A DNA stretch of 7,798 bases, from NCBI GenBank assembly GCA_000004985.1, contig GG739106.1. One strand, given 5' to 3'. The notes beneath the pieces are model-generated. The model did no database searches and had not been told where the DNA came from. It saw only the letters and a list, made by a program, of their open reading frames with translations. This document shows positions 1 through 7,798 of this stretch, piece by piece (positions within the stretch are counted from its first letter, which is position 1; every line of letters begins with the position of its first letter). The translations under genes were made by a program, and so were the position numbers. This DNA is from Naegleria gruberi. Lineage: Eukaryota.

Positions 1-799
1 CATTTGCACNAGCTTTCCAGATGGAACTCACGAACCATGGGTTTTACTGATTGAAAAAGCTGTTGCTTTGGTATTTGGAAGTTATGAAGCACTAGAAAGC
101 AATAACTTTTCGGTTGGGGCTAATTTGTTGACTGGTGGTTTGCCATTAAGAATTAGTTTTTCTTCTAAATTATTGACAGGGACTGACATTTGGAATATTT
201 TATGCTTCTTTTTTAAGATTGACTCCTTGATTGGAATTTCAAACGGTGGCCATTCTCTTGCCTTGATGGATTTGAACACTATCGAGAATAAGAAAGTGCT
301 TTATATCAAAAATCCTTGGGCTAACGATGGAGGGAAAAAGTACAAGAACTTTGGTGTAGGTGAGGATGATGGTATTTTAAAACTCGAATTAGACCAATTA
401 GTATCTGATTTCAAACATATTGATGTAAGCATTCCTATTGATGCTAAGATTTTTAAAGAGTACAGATGCTCAGTTGCAAACAAAGACATGCATACTCTAA
501 CACTAGAACCTTTTATCAGATATTTCATTAGCTCTGAGGTGAATATTCATGGGGATGTGCATGTTTCGATTGATAATGGTATGAAAATGGGTTCAGGATT
601 CTATTACTCTGGTTTTTTCATATTTAACAAGAAAACTACTATTGAATGTAGTTTACCTCTCAGAGCATTTAGAATTATTGAGACAGACGCTATTATCAAC
701 AAGTTGATAGAACCTTCCAAGGAAGTGCAAACGTGCACCATCTCGAATGCATATTTATCGTTTTTTTCAATTAAAAAAAACAACGGTAGTCAGTACTGA
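1..799 (+). CDS. Calpain-family (peptidase C2) cysteine protease, 3' portion. It is 5'-partial and runs off the window start. Codons begin at position 2, and the stop is TGA at 797-799.
   Basis: The frame starting at position 2 translates to ...FPDGTHEPWVLLIEKAVALVFGSYEALESNNFSVGANLLTGG...SNGGHSLALMD...LYIKNPWANDGG...DGILKLELDQLVSDFKHIDVS... This matches the conserved calpain protease-core motifs (E-x-W-x-x-LLEKAYAK-x-x-GSYEAL, LTGG, GHAYSV with the catalytic His, LRNPWG with the catalytic Asn, and DGEFWMSF-x-DF). The His codon is at 251-253 and the Asn codon at 311-313, 20 codons apart (roughly 24 in classical calpains). The catalytic Cys would lie upstream of the window. The frame is open for 265 codons with no internal stop. 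The N at position 10 falls in the third position of ACN, which is Thr whatever the base. Confidence 0.8.
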   Translation, partial: ICXSFPDGTHEPWVLLIEKAVALVFGSYEALESNNFSVGANLLTGGLPLRISFSSKLLTGTDIWNILCFFFKIDSLIGISNGGHSLALMDLNTIENKKVLYIKNPWANDGGKKYKNFGVGEDDGILKLELDQLVSDFKHIDVSIPIDAKIFKEYRCSVANKDMHTLTLEPFIRYFISSEVNIHGDVHVSIDNGMKMGSGFYYSGFFIFNKKTTIECSLPLRAFRIIETDAIINKLIEPSKEVQTCTISNAYLSFFSIKKNNGSQY

Positions 800-945
800 A
801 GCAATCTTATGATGGTTAAATTGGAATTATAAAGTTTTAATATTGTATTATCAACATGATCTAAAGTAGATTACGATGCAGATTTAATGGAAGTGGCAGC
901 TGATATTATAACTCTAATACCTTTATCTTTCTAGATTGAATTCCT

Positions 946-951
946 AATAAA
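946..951 (+). promoter_or_regulatory. AATAAA hexamer, a candidate polyadenylation signal for the calpain-like gene. A second AATAAA lies at 1042-1047.
   Basis: An exact AATAAA sits about 147 nt downstream of the TGA stop at 797-799, in moderately AT-rich non-coding-looking sequence. The hexamer occurs by chance fairly often in AT-rich DNA, so this is a weak call. Confidence 0.3.
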
Positions 952-1099
952 AGTAAATTTTCACACAGTAAACATGAACGTATTGAACTATCCATATTTT
1001 TTAAATCATTCATTGATTTGGTTTCAAATGTTTGAATTTCAAATAAATTTTCCAAATCAAATTCTTTTACTTGACCTTGATTATTACATGAATATAATC

Positions 1100-4000
1100 N
1101 NNNNNNNNNNNNNNNNNNNNNNNNNNNNNNNNNNNNNNNNNNNNNNNNNNNNNNNNNNNNNNNNNNNNNNNNNNNNNNNNNNNNNNNNNNNNNNNNNNNN
1201 NNNNNNNNNNNNNNNNNNNNNNNNNNNNNNNNNNNNNNNNNNNNNNNNNNNNNNNNNNNNNNNNNNNNNNNNNNNNNNNNNNNNNNNNNNNNNNNNNNNN
1301 NNNNNNNNNNNNNNNNNNNNNNNNNNNNNNNNNNNNNNNNNNNNNNNNNNNNNNNNNNNNNNNNNNNNNNNNNNNNNNNNNNNNNNNNNNNNNNNNNNNN
1401 NNNNNNNNNNNNNNNNNNNNNNNNNNNNNNNNNNNNNNNNNNNNNNNNNNNNNNNNNNNNNNNNNNNNNNNNNNNNNNNNNNNNNNNNNNNNNNNNNNNN
1501 NNNNNNNNNNNNNNNNNNNNNNNNNNNNNNNNNNNNNNNNNNNNNNNNNNNNNNNNNNNNNNNNNNNNNNNNNNNNNNNNNNNNNNNNNNNNNNNNNNNN
1601 NNNNNNNNNNNNNNNNNNNNNNNNNNNNNNNNNNNNNNNNNNNNNNNNNNNNNNNNNNNNNNNNNNNNNNNNNNNNNNNNNNNNNNNNNNNNNNNNNNNN
1701 NNNNNNNNNNNNNNNNNNNNNNNNNNNNNNNNNNNNNNNNNNNNNNNNNNNNNNNNNNNNNNNNNNNNNNNNNNNNNNNNNNNNNNNNNNNNNNNNNNNN
1801 NNNNNNNNNNNNNNNNNNNNNNNNNNNNNNNNNNNNNNNNNNNNNNNNNNNNNNNNNNNNNNNNNNNNNNNNNNNNNNNNNNNNNNNNNNNNNNNNNNNN
1901 NNNNNNNNNNNNNNNNNNNNNNNNNNNNNNNNNNNNNNNNNNNNNNNNNNNNNNNNNNNNNNNNNNNNNNNNNNNNNNNNNNNNNNNNNNNNNNNNNNNN
2001 NNNNNNNNNNNNNNNNNNNNNNNNNNNNNNNNNNNNNNNNNNNNNNNNNNNNNNNNNNNNNNNNNNNNNNNNNNNNNNNNNNNNNNNNNNNNNNNNNNNN
2101 NNNNNNNNNNNNNNNNNNNNNNNNNNNNNNNNNNNNNNNNNNNNNNNNNNNNNNNNNNNNNNNNNNNNNNNNNNNNNNNNNNNNNNNNNNNNNNNNNNNN
2201 NNNNNNNNNNNNNNNNNNNNNNNNNNNNNNNNNNNNNNNNNNNNNNNNNNNNNNNNNNNNNNNNNNNNNNNNNNNNNNNNNNNNNNNNNNNNNNNNNNNN
2301 NNNNNNNNNNNNNNNNNNNNNNNNNNNNNNNNNNNNNNNNNNNNNNNNNNNNNNNNNNNNNNNNNNNNNNNNNNNNNNNNNNNNNNNNNNNNNNNNNNNN
2401 NNNNNNNNNNNNNNNNNNNNNNNNNNNNNNNNNNNNNNNNNNNNNNNNNNNNNNNNNNNNNNNNNNNNNNNNNNNNNNNNNNNNNNNNNNNNNNNNNNNN
2501 NNNNNNNNNNNNNNNNNNNNNNNNNNNNNNNNNNNNNNNNNNNNNNNNNNNNNNNNNNNNNNNNNNNNNNNNNNNNNNNNNNNNNNNNNNNNNNNNNNNN
2601 NNNNNNNNNNNNNNNNNNNNNNNNNNNNNNNNNNNNNNNNNNNNNNNNNNNNNNNNNNNNNNNNNNNNNNNNNNNNNNNNNNNNNNNNNNNNNNNNNNNN
2701 NNNNNNNNNNNNNNNNNNNNNNNNNNNNNNNNNNNNNNNNNNNNNNNNNNNNNNNNNNNNNNNNNNNNNNNNNNNNNNNNNNNNNNNNNNNNNNNNNNNN
2801 NNNNNNNNNNNNNNNNNNNNNNNNNNNNNNNNNNNNNNNNNNNNNNNNNNNNNNNNNNNNNNNNNNNNNNNNNNNNNNNNNNNNNNNNNNNNNNNNNNNN
2901 NNNNNNNNNNNNNNNNNNNNNNNNNNNNNNNNNNNNNNNNNNNNNNNNNNNNNNNNNNNNNNNNNNNNNNNNNNNNNNNNNNNNNNNNNNNNNNNNNNNN
3001 NNNNNNNNNNNNNNNNNNNNNNNNNNNNNNNNNNNNNNNNNNNNNNNNNNNNNNNNNNNNNNNNNNNNNNNNNNNNNNNNNNNNNNNNNNNNNNNNNNNN
3101 NNNNNNNNNNNNNNNNNNNNNNNNNNNNNNNNNNNNNNNNNNNNNNNNNNNNNNNNNNNNNNNNNNNNNNNNNNNNNNNNNNNNNNNNNNNNNNNNNNNN
3201 NNNNNNNNNNNNNNNNNNNNNNNNNNNNNNNNNNNNNNNNNNNNNNNNNNNNNNNNNNNNNNNNNNNNNNNNNNNNNNNNNNNNNNNNNNNNNNNNNNNN
3301 NNNNNNNNNNNNNNNNNNNNNNNNNNNNNNNNNNNNNNNNNNNNNNNNNNNNNNNNNNNNNNNNNNNNNNNNNNNNNNNNNNNNNNNNNNNNNNNNNNNN
3401 NNNNNNNNNNNNNNNNNNNNNNNNNNNNNNNNNNNNNNNNNNNNNNNNNNNNNNNNNNNNNNNNNNNNNNNNNNNNNNNNNNNNNNNNNNNNNNNNNNNN
3501 NNNNNNNNNNNNNNNNNNNNNNNNNNNNNNNNNNNNNNNNNNNNNNNNNNNNNNNNNNNNNNNNNNNNNNNNNNNNNNNNNNNNNNNNNNNNNNNNNNNN
3601 NNNNNNNNNNNNNNNNNNNNNNNNNNNNNNNNNNNNNNNNNNNNNNNNNNNNNNNNNNNNNNNNNNNNNNNNNNNNNNNNNNNNNNNNNNNNNNNNNNNN
3701 NNNNNNNNNNNNNNNNNNNNNNNNNNNNNNNNNNNNNNNNNNNNNNNNNNNNNNNNNNNNNNNNNNNNNNNNNNNNNNNNNNNNNNNNNNNNNNNNNNNN
3801 NNNNNNNNNNNNNNNNNNNNNNNNNNNNNNNNNNNNNNNNNNNNNNNNNNNNNNNNNNNNNNNNNNNNNNNNNNNNNNNNNNNNNNNNNNNNNNNNNNNN
3901 NNNNNNNNNNNNNNNNNNNNNNNNNNNNNNNNNNNNNNNNNNNNNNNNNNNNNNNNNNNNNNNNNNNNNNNNNNNNNNNNNNNNNNNNNNNNNNNNNNNN

Positions 4001-6389
4001 NNNNNNNNNNNNNNNNNNNNNNNNNNNNNNNNNNNNNNNNNNNNNNNNNNNNNNNNNNNNNNNNNNNNNNNNNNNNNNNNNNNNNNNNNNNNNNNNNNNN
4101 NNNNNNNNNNNNNNNNNNNNNNNNNNNNNNNNNNNNNNNNNNNNNNNNNNNNNNNNNNNNNNNNNNNNNNNNNNNNNNNNNNNNNNNNNNNNNNNNNNNN
4201 NNNNNNNNNNNNNNNNNNNNNNNNNNNNNNNNNNNNNNNNNNNNNNNNNNNNNNNNNNNNNNNNNNNNNNNNNNNNNNNNNNNNNNNNNNNNNNNNNNNN
4301 NNNNNNNNNNNNNNNNNNNNNNNNNNNNNNNNNNNNNNNNNNNNNNNNNNNNNNNNNNNNNNNNNNNNNNNNNNNNNNNNNNNNNNNNNNNNNNNNNNNN
4401 NNNNNNNNNNNNNNNNNNNNNNNNNNNNNNNNNNNNNNNNNNNNNNNNNNNNNNNNNNNNNNNNNNNNNNNNNNNNNNNNNNNNNNNNNNNNNNNNNNNN
4501 NNNNNNNNNNNNNNNNNNNNNNNNNNNNNNNNNNNNNNNNNNNNNNNNNNNNNNNNNNNNNNNNNNNNNNNNNNNNNNNNNNNNNNNNNNNNNNNNNNNN
4601 NNNNNNNNNNNNNNNNNNNNNNNNNNNNNNNNNNNNNNNNNNNNNNNNNNNNNNNNNNNNNNNNNNNNNNNNNNNNNNNNNNNNNNNNNNNNNNNNNNNN
4701 NNNNNNNNNNNNNNNNNNNNNNNNNNNNNNNNNNNNNNNNNNNNNNNNNNNNNNNNNNNNNNNNNNNNNNNNNNNNNNNNNNNNNNNNNNNNNNNNNNNN
4801 NNNNNNNNNNNNNNNNNNNNNNNNNNNNNNNNNNNNNNNNNNNNNNNNNNNNNNNNNNNNNNNNNNNNNNNNNNNNNNNNNNNNNNNNNNNNNNNNNNNN
4901 NNNNNNNNNNNNNNNNNNNNNNNNNNNNNNNNNNNNNNNNNNNNNNNNNNNNNNNNNNNNNNNNNNNNNNNNNNNNNNNNNNNNNNNNNNNNNNNNNNNN
5001 NNNNNNNNNNNNNNNNNNNNNNNNNNNNNNNNNNNNNNNNNNNNNNNNNNNNNNNNNNNNNNNNNNNNNNNNNNNNNNNNNNNNNNNNNNNNNNNNNNNN
5101 NNNNNNNNNNNNNNNNNNNNNNNNNNNNNNNNNNNNNNNNNNNNNNNNNNNNNNNNNNNNNNNNNNNNNNNNNNNNNNNNNNNNNNNNNNNNNNNNNNNN
5201 NNNNNNNNNNNNNNNNNNNNNNNNNNNNNNNNNNNNNNNNNNNNNNNNNNNNNNNNNNNNNNNNNNNNNNNNNNNNNNNNNNNNNNNNNNNNNNNNNNNN
5301 NNNNNNNNNNNNNNNNNNNNNNNNNNNNNNNNNNNNNNNNNNNNNNNNNNNNNNNNNNNNNNNNNNNNNNNNNNNNNNNNNNNNNNNNNNNNNNNNNNNN
5401 NNNNNNNNNNNNNNNNNNNNNNNNNNNNNNNNNNNNNNNNNNNNNNNNNNNNNNNNNNNNNNNNNNNNNNNNNNNNNNNNNNNNNNNNNNNNNNNNNNNN
5501 NNNNNNNNNNNNNNNNNNNNNNNNNNNNNNNNNNNNNNNNNNNNNNNNNNNNNNNNNNNNNNNNNNNNNNNNNNNNNNNNNNNNNNNNNNNNNNNNNNNN
5601 NNNNNNNNNNNNNNNNNNNNNNNNNNNNNNNNNNNNNNNNNNNNNNNNNNNNNNNNNNNNNNNNNNNNNNNNNNNNNNNNNNNNNNNNNNNNNNNNNNNN
5701 NNNNNNNNNNNNNNNNNNNNNNNNNNNNNNNNNNNNNNNNNNNNNNNNNNNNNNNNNNNNNNNNNNNNNNNNNNNNNNNNNNNNNNNNNNNNNNNNNNNN
5801 NNNNNNNNNNNNNNNNNNNNNNNNNNNNNNNNNNNNNNNNNNNNNNNNNNNNNNNNNNNNNNNNNNNNNNNNNNNNNNNNNNNNNNNNNNNNNNNNNNNN
5901 NNNNNNNNNNNNNNNNNNNNNNNNNNNNNNNNNNNNNNNNNNNNNNNNNNNNNNNNNNNNNNNNNNNNNNNNNNNNNNNNNNNNNNNNNNNNNNNNNNNN
6001 NNNNNNNNNNNNNNNNNNNNNNNNNNNNNNNNNNNNNNNNNNNNNNNNNNNNNNNNNNNNNNNNNNNNNNNNNNNNNNNNNNNNNNNNNNNNNNNNNNNN
6101 NNNNNNNNNNNNNNNNNNNNNNNNNNNNNNNNNNNNNNNNNNNNNNNNNNNNNNNNNNNNNNNNNNNNNNNNNNNNNNNNNNNNNNNNNNNNNNNNNNNN
6201 NNNNNNNNNNNNNNNNNNNNNNNNNNNNNNNNNNNNNNNNNNNNNNNNNNNNNNNNNNNNNNNNNNNNNNNNNNNNNNNNNNNNNNNNNNNNNNNNNNNN
6301 NNNNNNNNNNNNNNNNNNNNNNNNNNNNNNNNNNNNNNNNNNNNNNNNNNNNNNNNNNNNNNNNNNNNNNNNNNNNNNNNNNNNNNNNN
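1100..6389. other. A 5,290-nt run of N, either an assembly gap or masked sequence. No content can be annotated.
   Basis: Every base from 1100 to 6389 is N. Real sequence resumes at 6390. The ORFs that cross this run on the supplied track consist of X residues and are artifacts. Confidence 0.99.
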
Positions 6390-6410
6390 TCATCATTATC
6401 ATTATTATTA
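6390..6410. repeat. Imperfect TCATTA/TTA simple repeat (tca tca tta tca tta tta tta).
   Basis: Read directly: tcatcattatcattattatta. Confidence 0.6.
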
Positions 6411-6456
6411 CATATCATTACTATAATTCTAATACTATACATAAATAATATATTTA

Positions 6457-6494
6457 ATATATAATATAAAATATAAAATATATAAAATATAAAA
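6457..6494. repeat. Tandem TATAAAA heptamer repeat, 4 copies with one TA insertion. It is preceded by an (AT)n stretch.
   Basis: Units at 6465-6471, 6472-6478, 6481-6487 and 6488-6494 are each tataaaa. Related cataaa(a) units follow up to 6515. Confidence 0.7.
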
Positions 6495-6520
6495 CACATA
6501 TATAAACATAAAACATATAG

Positions 6521-7787
6521 AGGTACAGCTAATTGTCCATTATATGATGGTAGATATTTTGTATCTAAAGGAGATGTAATATTAGTAACAGTTAATTATA
6601 GATTAGGTGCATTAGGATATTTAGTATCTATTGAAAATAATATATTAGGTAATTTTGCATTAAAAGATCAAAGATTAGCATTAGAATTTATACAAAAATA
6701 TATAATTAATTTTGGAGGAGATCCTAAAAGAGTGACTATATTTGGAGAATCAGCAGGAGCAGGATCAGTAACATCATTAATAATGAATAAGAAAAGTGAA
6801 GGATTATTTAATCAAGCAATATTTCAATCAAATCCATTATCATTACCATTTAGAGATTTAAAATCATTAAATAATTTAGGTGAAAGATTTATTCAAGATT
6901 CTAAATGTAAAACATTATCATGTTTAAAACAATTAAATTTTAATTTAATTGTAAAATATTCAGATGAATCATCAAATCATTTAAATATATTACATCCAAT
7001 TATATCATTCATGCCATGGACACCTGTTATAGATCATATTGAATTATTTGAACAACCATTAGATGCTTTTAAAAATGGTAATTATTTTAAAATACCAATC
7101 ATGATGGGTACTTGTTCTGAAGAGGCAATTATGTTTATCTATTTGGCTCTATCTTCTCCTTTAAATTCTATTGAATATGATGGTGCATTATTGGGTTTAT
7201 TTGGTCCAATGTCATATTTTAGTGTTCATTCATTATATCCACCTTATGGTTCAGATCAGAGAATTCAATTTTCCATATTAGGTACTGATTATATTTTCAC
7301 TGCTCCAACTAGAAATGCACTCGAAAATATTTATCAACACCAATCAAATATTCCTATATTCTTTTATGAATTTAATCATACTTTATCTTTTAGTGAACAG
7401 GTTTTTAAAGAGAGATATCCATTTTGTATTGGACATGTTTGTCATGGAAGTGAATTACCAATTCTATTTCATTCATCTCAATATGTTAATTTATATTTAA
7501 ATGAACAGGAGGAATTATTATCACATCAAATGATTCAATATTGGACTAATTTTGCTTATAGTGGTAATCCAAATTATAAATCAAAGGATAATTCTAAATC
7601 AAATGATAGTACAAGAAATGATAGTATTGACTTACCATATTGGTCTGCATTTACAACATCAAATGTATTAAATATGGAATTCCAAACACCAAAAACTTCA
7701 ATGGTACAAGGTTTAAGAAAACAAAAATTAGACATGTTTGATAAAATGTGGTTATCATCATGGTTATTAATAAATTATTATGATTAA
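6521..7787 (+). CDS. Type-B carboxylesterase/cholinesterase-family (alpha/beta hydrolase) gene, terminal exon(s). It is 5'-partial, the first full codon is at 6522, and the stop is TAA at 7785-7787.
   Basis: Translation gives ...GTANCPLYDGRYFVSKGDVILVTVNYRLGALGYLVS...GNFALKDQRLALEFIQKYIINFGGDPKRVTIFGESAGAGSVTSLIMN...GLFNQAIFQSN...IMMGTCSEEAIMF...IGHVCHGSELPILF...LLSHQMIQYWTNFAYSGNPN...LPYWSAF...* All the diagnostic COesterase motifs are present: the nucleophile elbow G-E-S-A-G (Ser codon 6750-6752), the acyl-pocket/acid Glu in GTCSEE (7119-7124), and the catalytic His in C-H-G-S-E-L (7443-7445). Relative to the Ser, the Glu is at +124 and the His at +231 residues, against +127 and +240 in Torpedo AChE. 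The conserved second disulfide loop position is occupied by Cys at +52 and +57 (codons 6906-6908 and 6921-6923). The ORF-track start at 6732 is a GTG inside the conserved FGGDPKRVTIFGESAG block, not a real start. Confidence 0.85.
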
Positions 7788-7798
7788 ATACAGCACGT

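Larger units (their letters stand above)
6390..6520 (+). other. Probable 3' end of an intron of the esterase gene. It is AT-rich, ends in TATAG at 6516-6520, and its 5' end and donor site are lost in the N-run.
   Basis: The esterase reading frame meets an in-frame TAA at 6483-6485, and recognisable carboxylesterase homology stops at about 6521. The stretch 6390-6520 is about 85% A+T and low complexity, and it ends in a pyrimidine/A-T tract followed by AG. The first AG in the whole stretch is at 6519-6520, and further AGs follow at 6521-6522 and 6527-6528. Carboxylesterases always have about 100-130 residues N-terminal to the Y-D-G...NYRLG region (signal peptide, EDCLYLN and HGGG motifs). That region is absent here, so it must be encoded upstream. 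Confidence 0.55.

Noticed and set aside
82-528. Minus-strand ORFs 82..279 (65 aa) and 301..528 (75 aa)
   Set aside because: They lie antisense inside the well-supported calpain CDS, are short, and show no recognisable motifs. They are expected by chance opposite a coding frame.
785-799. GGTAGT near the end of the calpain gene as a splice donor, with a further exon replacing the TGA stop
   Set aside because: It matches the GTRAGT consensus poorly. Downstream 800-973 has no extended open frame with protein-like composition. The TGA stop followed by AATAAA about 147 nt later is the simpler reading.
974-6448. 1,824-aa plus-strand ORF on the supplied track
   Set aside because: Apart from 42 N-terminal and 19 C-terminal residues, it consists entirely of X translated from the N-run. 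It is not evidence of a gene.
1067-6499. 1,810-aa and 1,772-aa minus-strand ORFs (1067..6499 and 1084..6402)
   Set aside because: Same artifact of translating N. The real 6390-6499 portion on the minus strand is low-complexity (AT)n/TATAAAA repeat that translates to Ile/Tyr/Phe runs.
6457-6515. Possible CRISPR-like or regulatory repeat array
   Set aside because: The units are 7-nt AT-only microsatellite repeats with no spacers. The context is a eukaryotic intron, so this is simple-sequence DNA.
6732-6734. GTG 'start codon' of the esterase ORF on the supplied track
   Set aside because: The GTG encodes the Val of the conserved FGGDPKRVTIFGESAG block. Homology and the open frame continue upstream to 6521, and a eukaryotic gene would not initiate at an internal GTG.
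7315-7500. 61-aa plus-strand ORF in an alternate frame
   Set aside because: It lies inside the esterase CDS, out of frame with the conserved motifs, and gives a low-complexity peptide. It is spurious.
1-7798. Prokaryotic or phage interpretation (operon, mobile element)
   Set aside because: The evidence points to a eukaryotic nuclear origin. Both encoded families are eukaryote-type. The esterase reading frame is interrupted by an AT-rich segment ending in AG, which looks like an intron. The spacer lacks Shine-Dalgarno or terminator hairpins and carries AATAAA hexamers.

Overview
The window is an AT-rich eukaryotic genomic segment that uses the standard genetic code. The lack of long homopolymer runs and the AATAAA motifs fit an AT-rich protist, amoebozoan or invertebrate better than a prokaryote. 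Only about 2.5 kb of real sequence is present (1..1099 and 6390..7798). Positions 1100..6389 are a single 5,290-nt run of N, either an assembly gap or masked sequence, so nothing in it can be annotated. There is also a lone N at position 10. Two plus-strand protein-coding genes are supported, and neither has its 5' end in view. (1) The 3' part of a calpain-family (peptidase C2) cysteine protease gene runs off the window start and ends at TGA 797-799. It contains the calpain His and Asn active-site motifs, GGHSLAL and KNPWA. (2) The 3' ~421 codons of a type-B carboxylesterase/cholinesterase-family gene span 6521..7787. It carries an intact Ser-Glu-His triad (FGESAGA, GTCSEEA, CHGSEL) at canonical spacing. 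Immediately upstream is an ~85% AT stretch with simple repeats that ends in TATAG, best read as the 3' end of an intron whose upstream exons lie in the N-run. The three ~1,800-aa ORFs on the supplied track that span the N-run are translation artifacts. I see no RNA genes, CRISPR arrays or mobile elements, and no evidence of a novel multi-gene system in the visible sequence. The notable features are the marked base-composition and codon-usage difference between the two genes, the atypical calpain C-terminus, and the fact that whatever lies in the 5.3 kb gap cannot be assessed.
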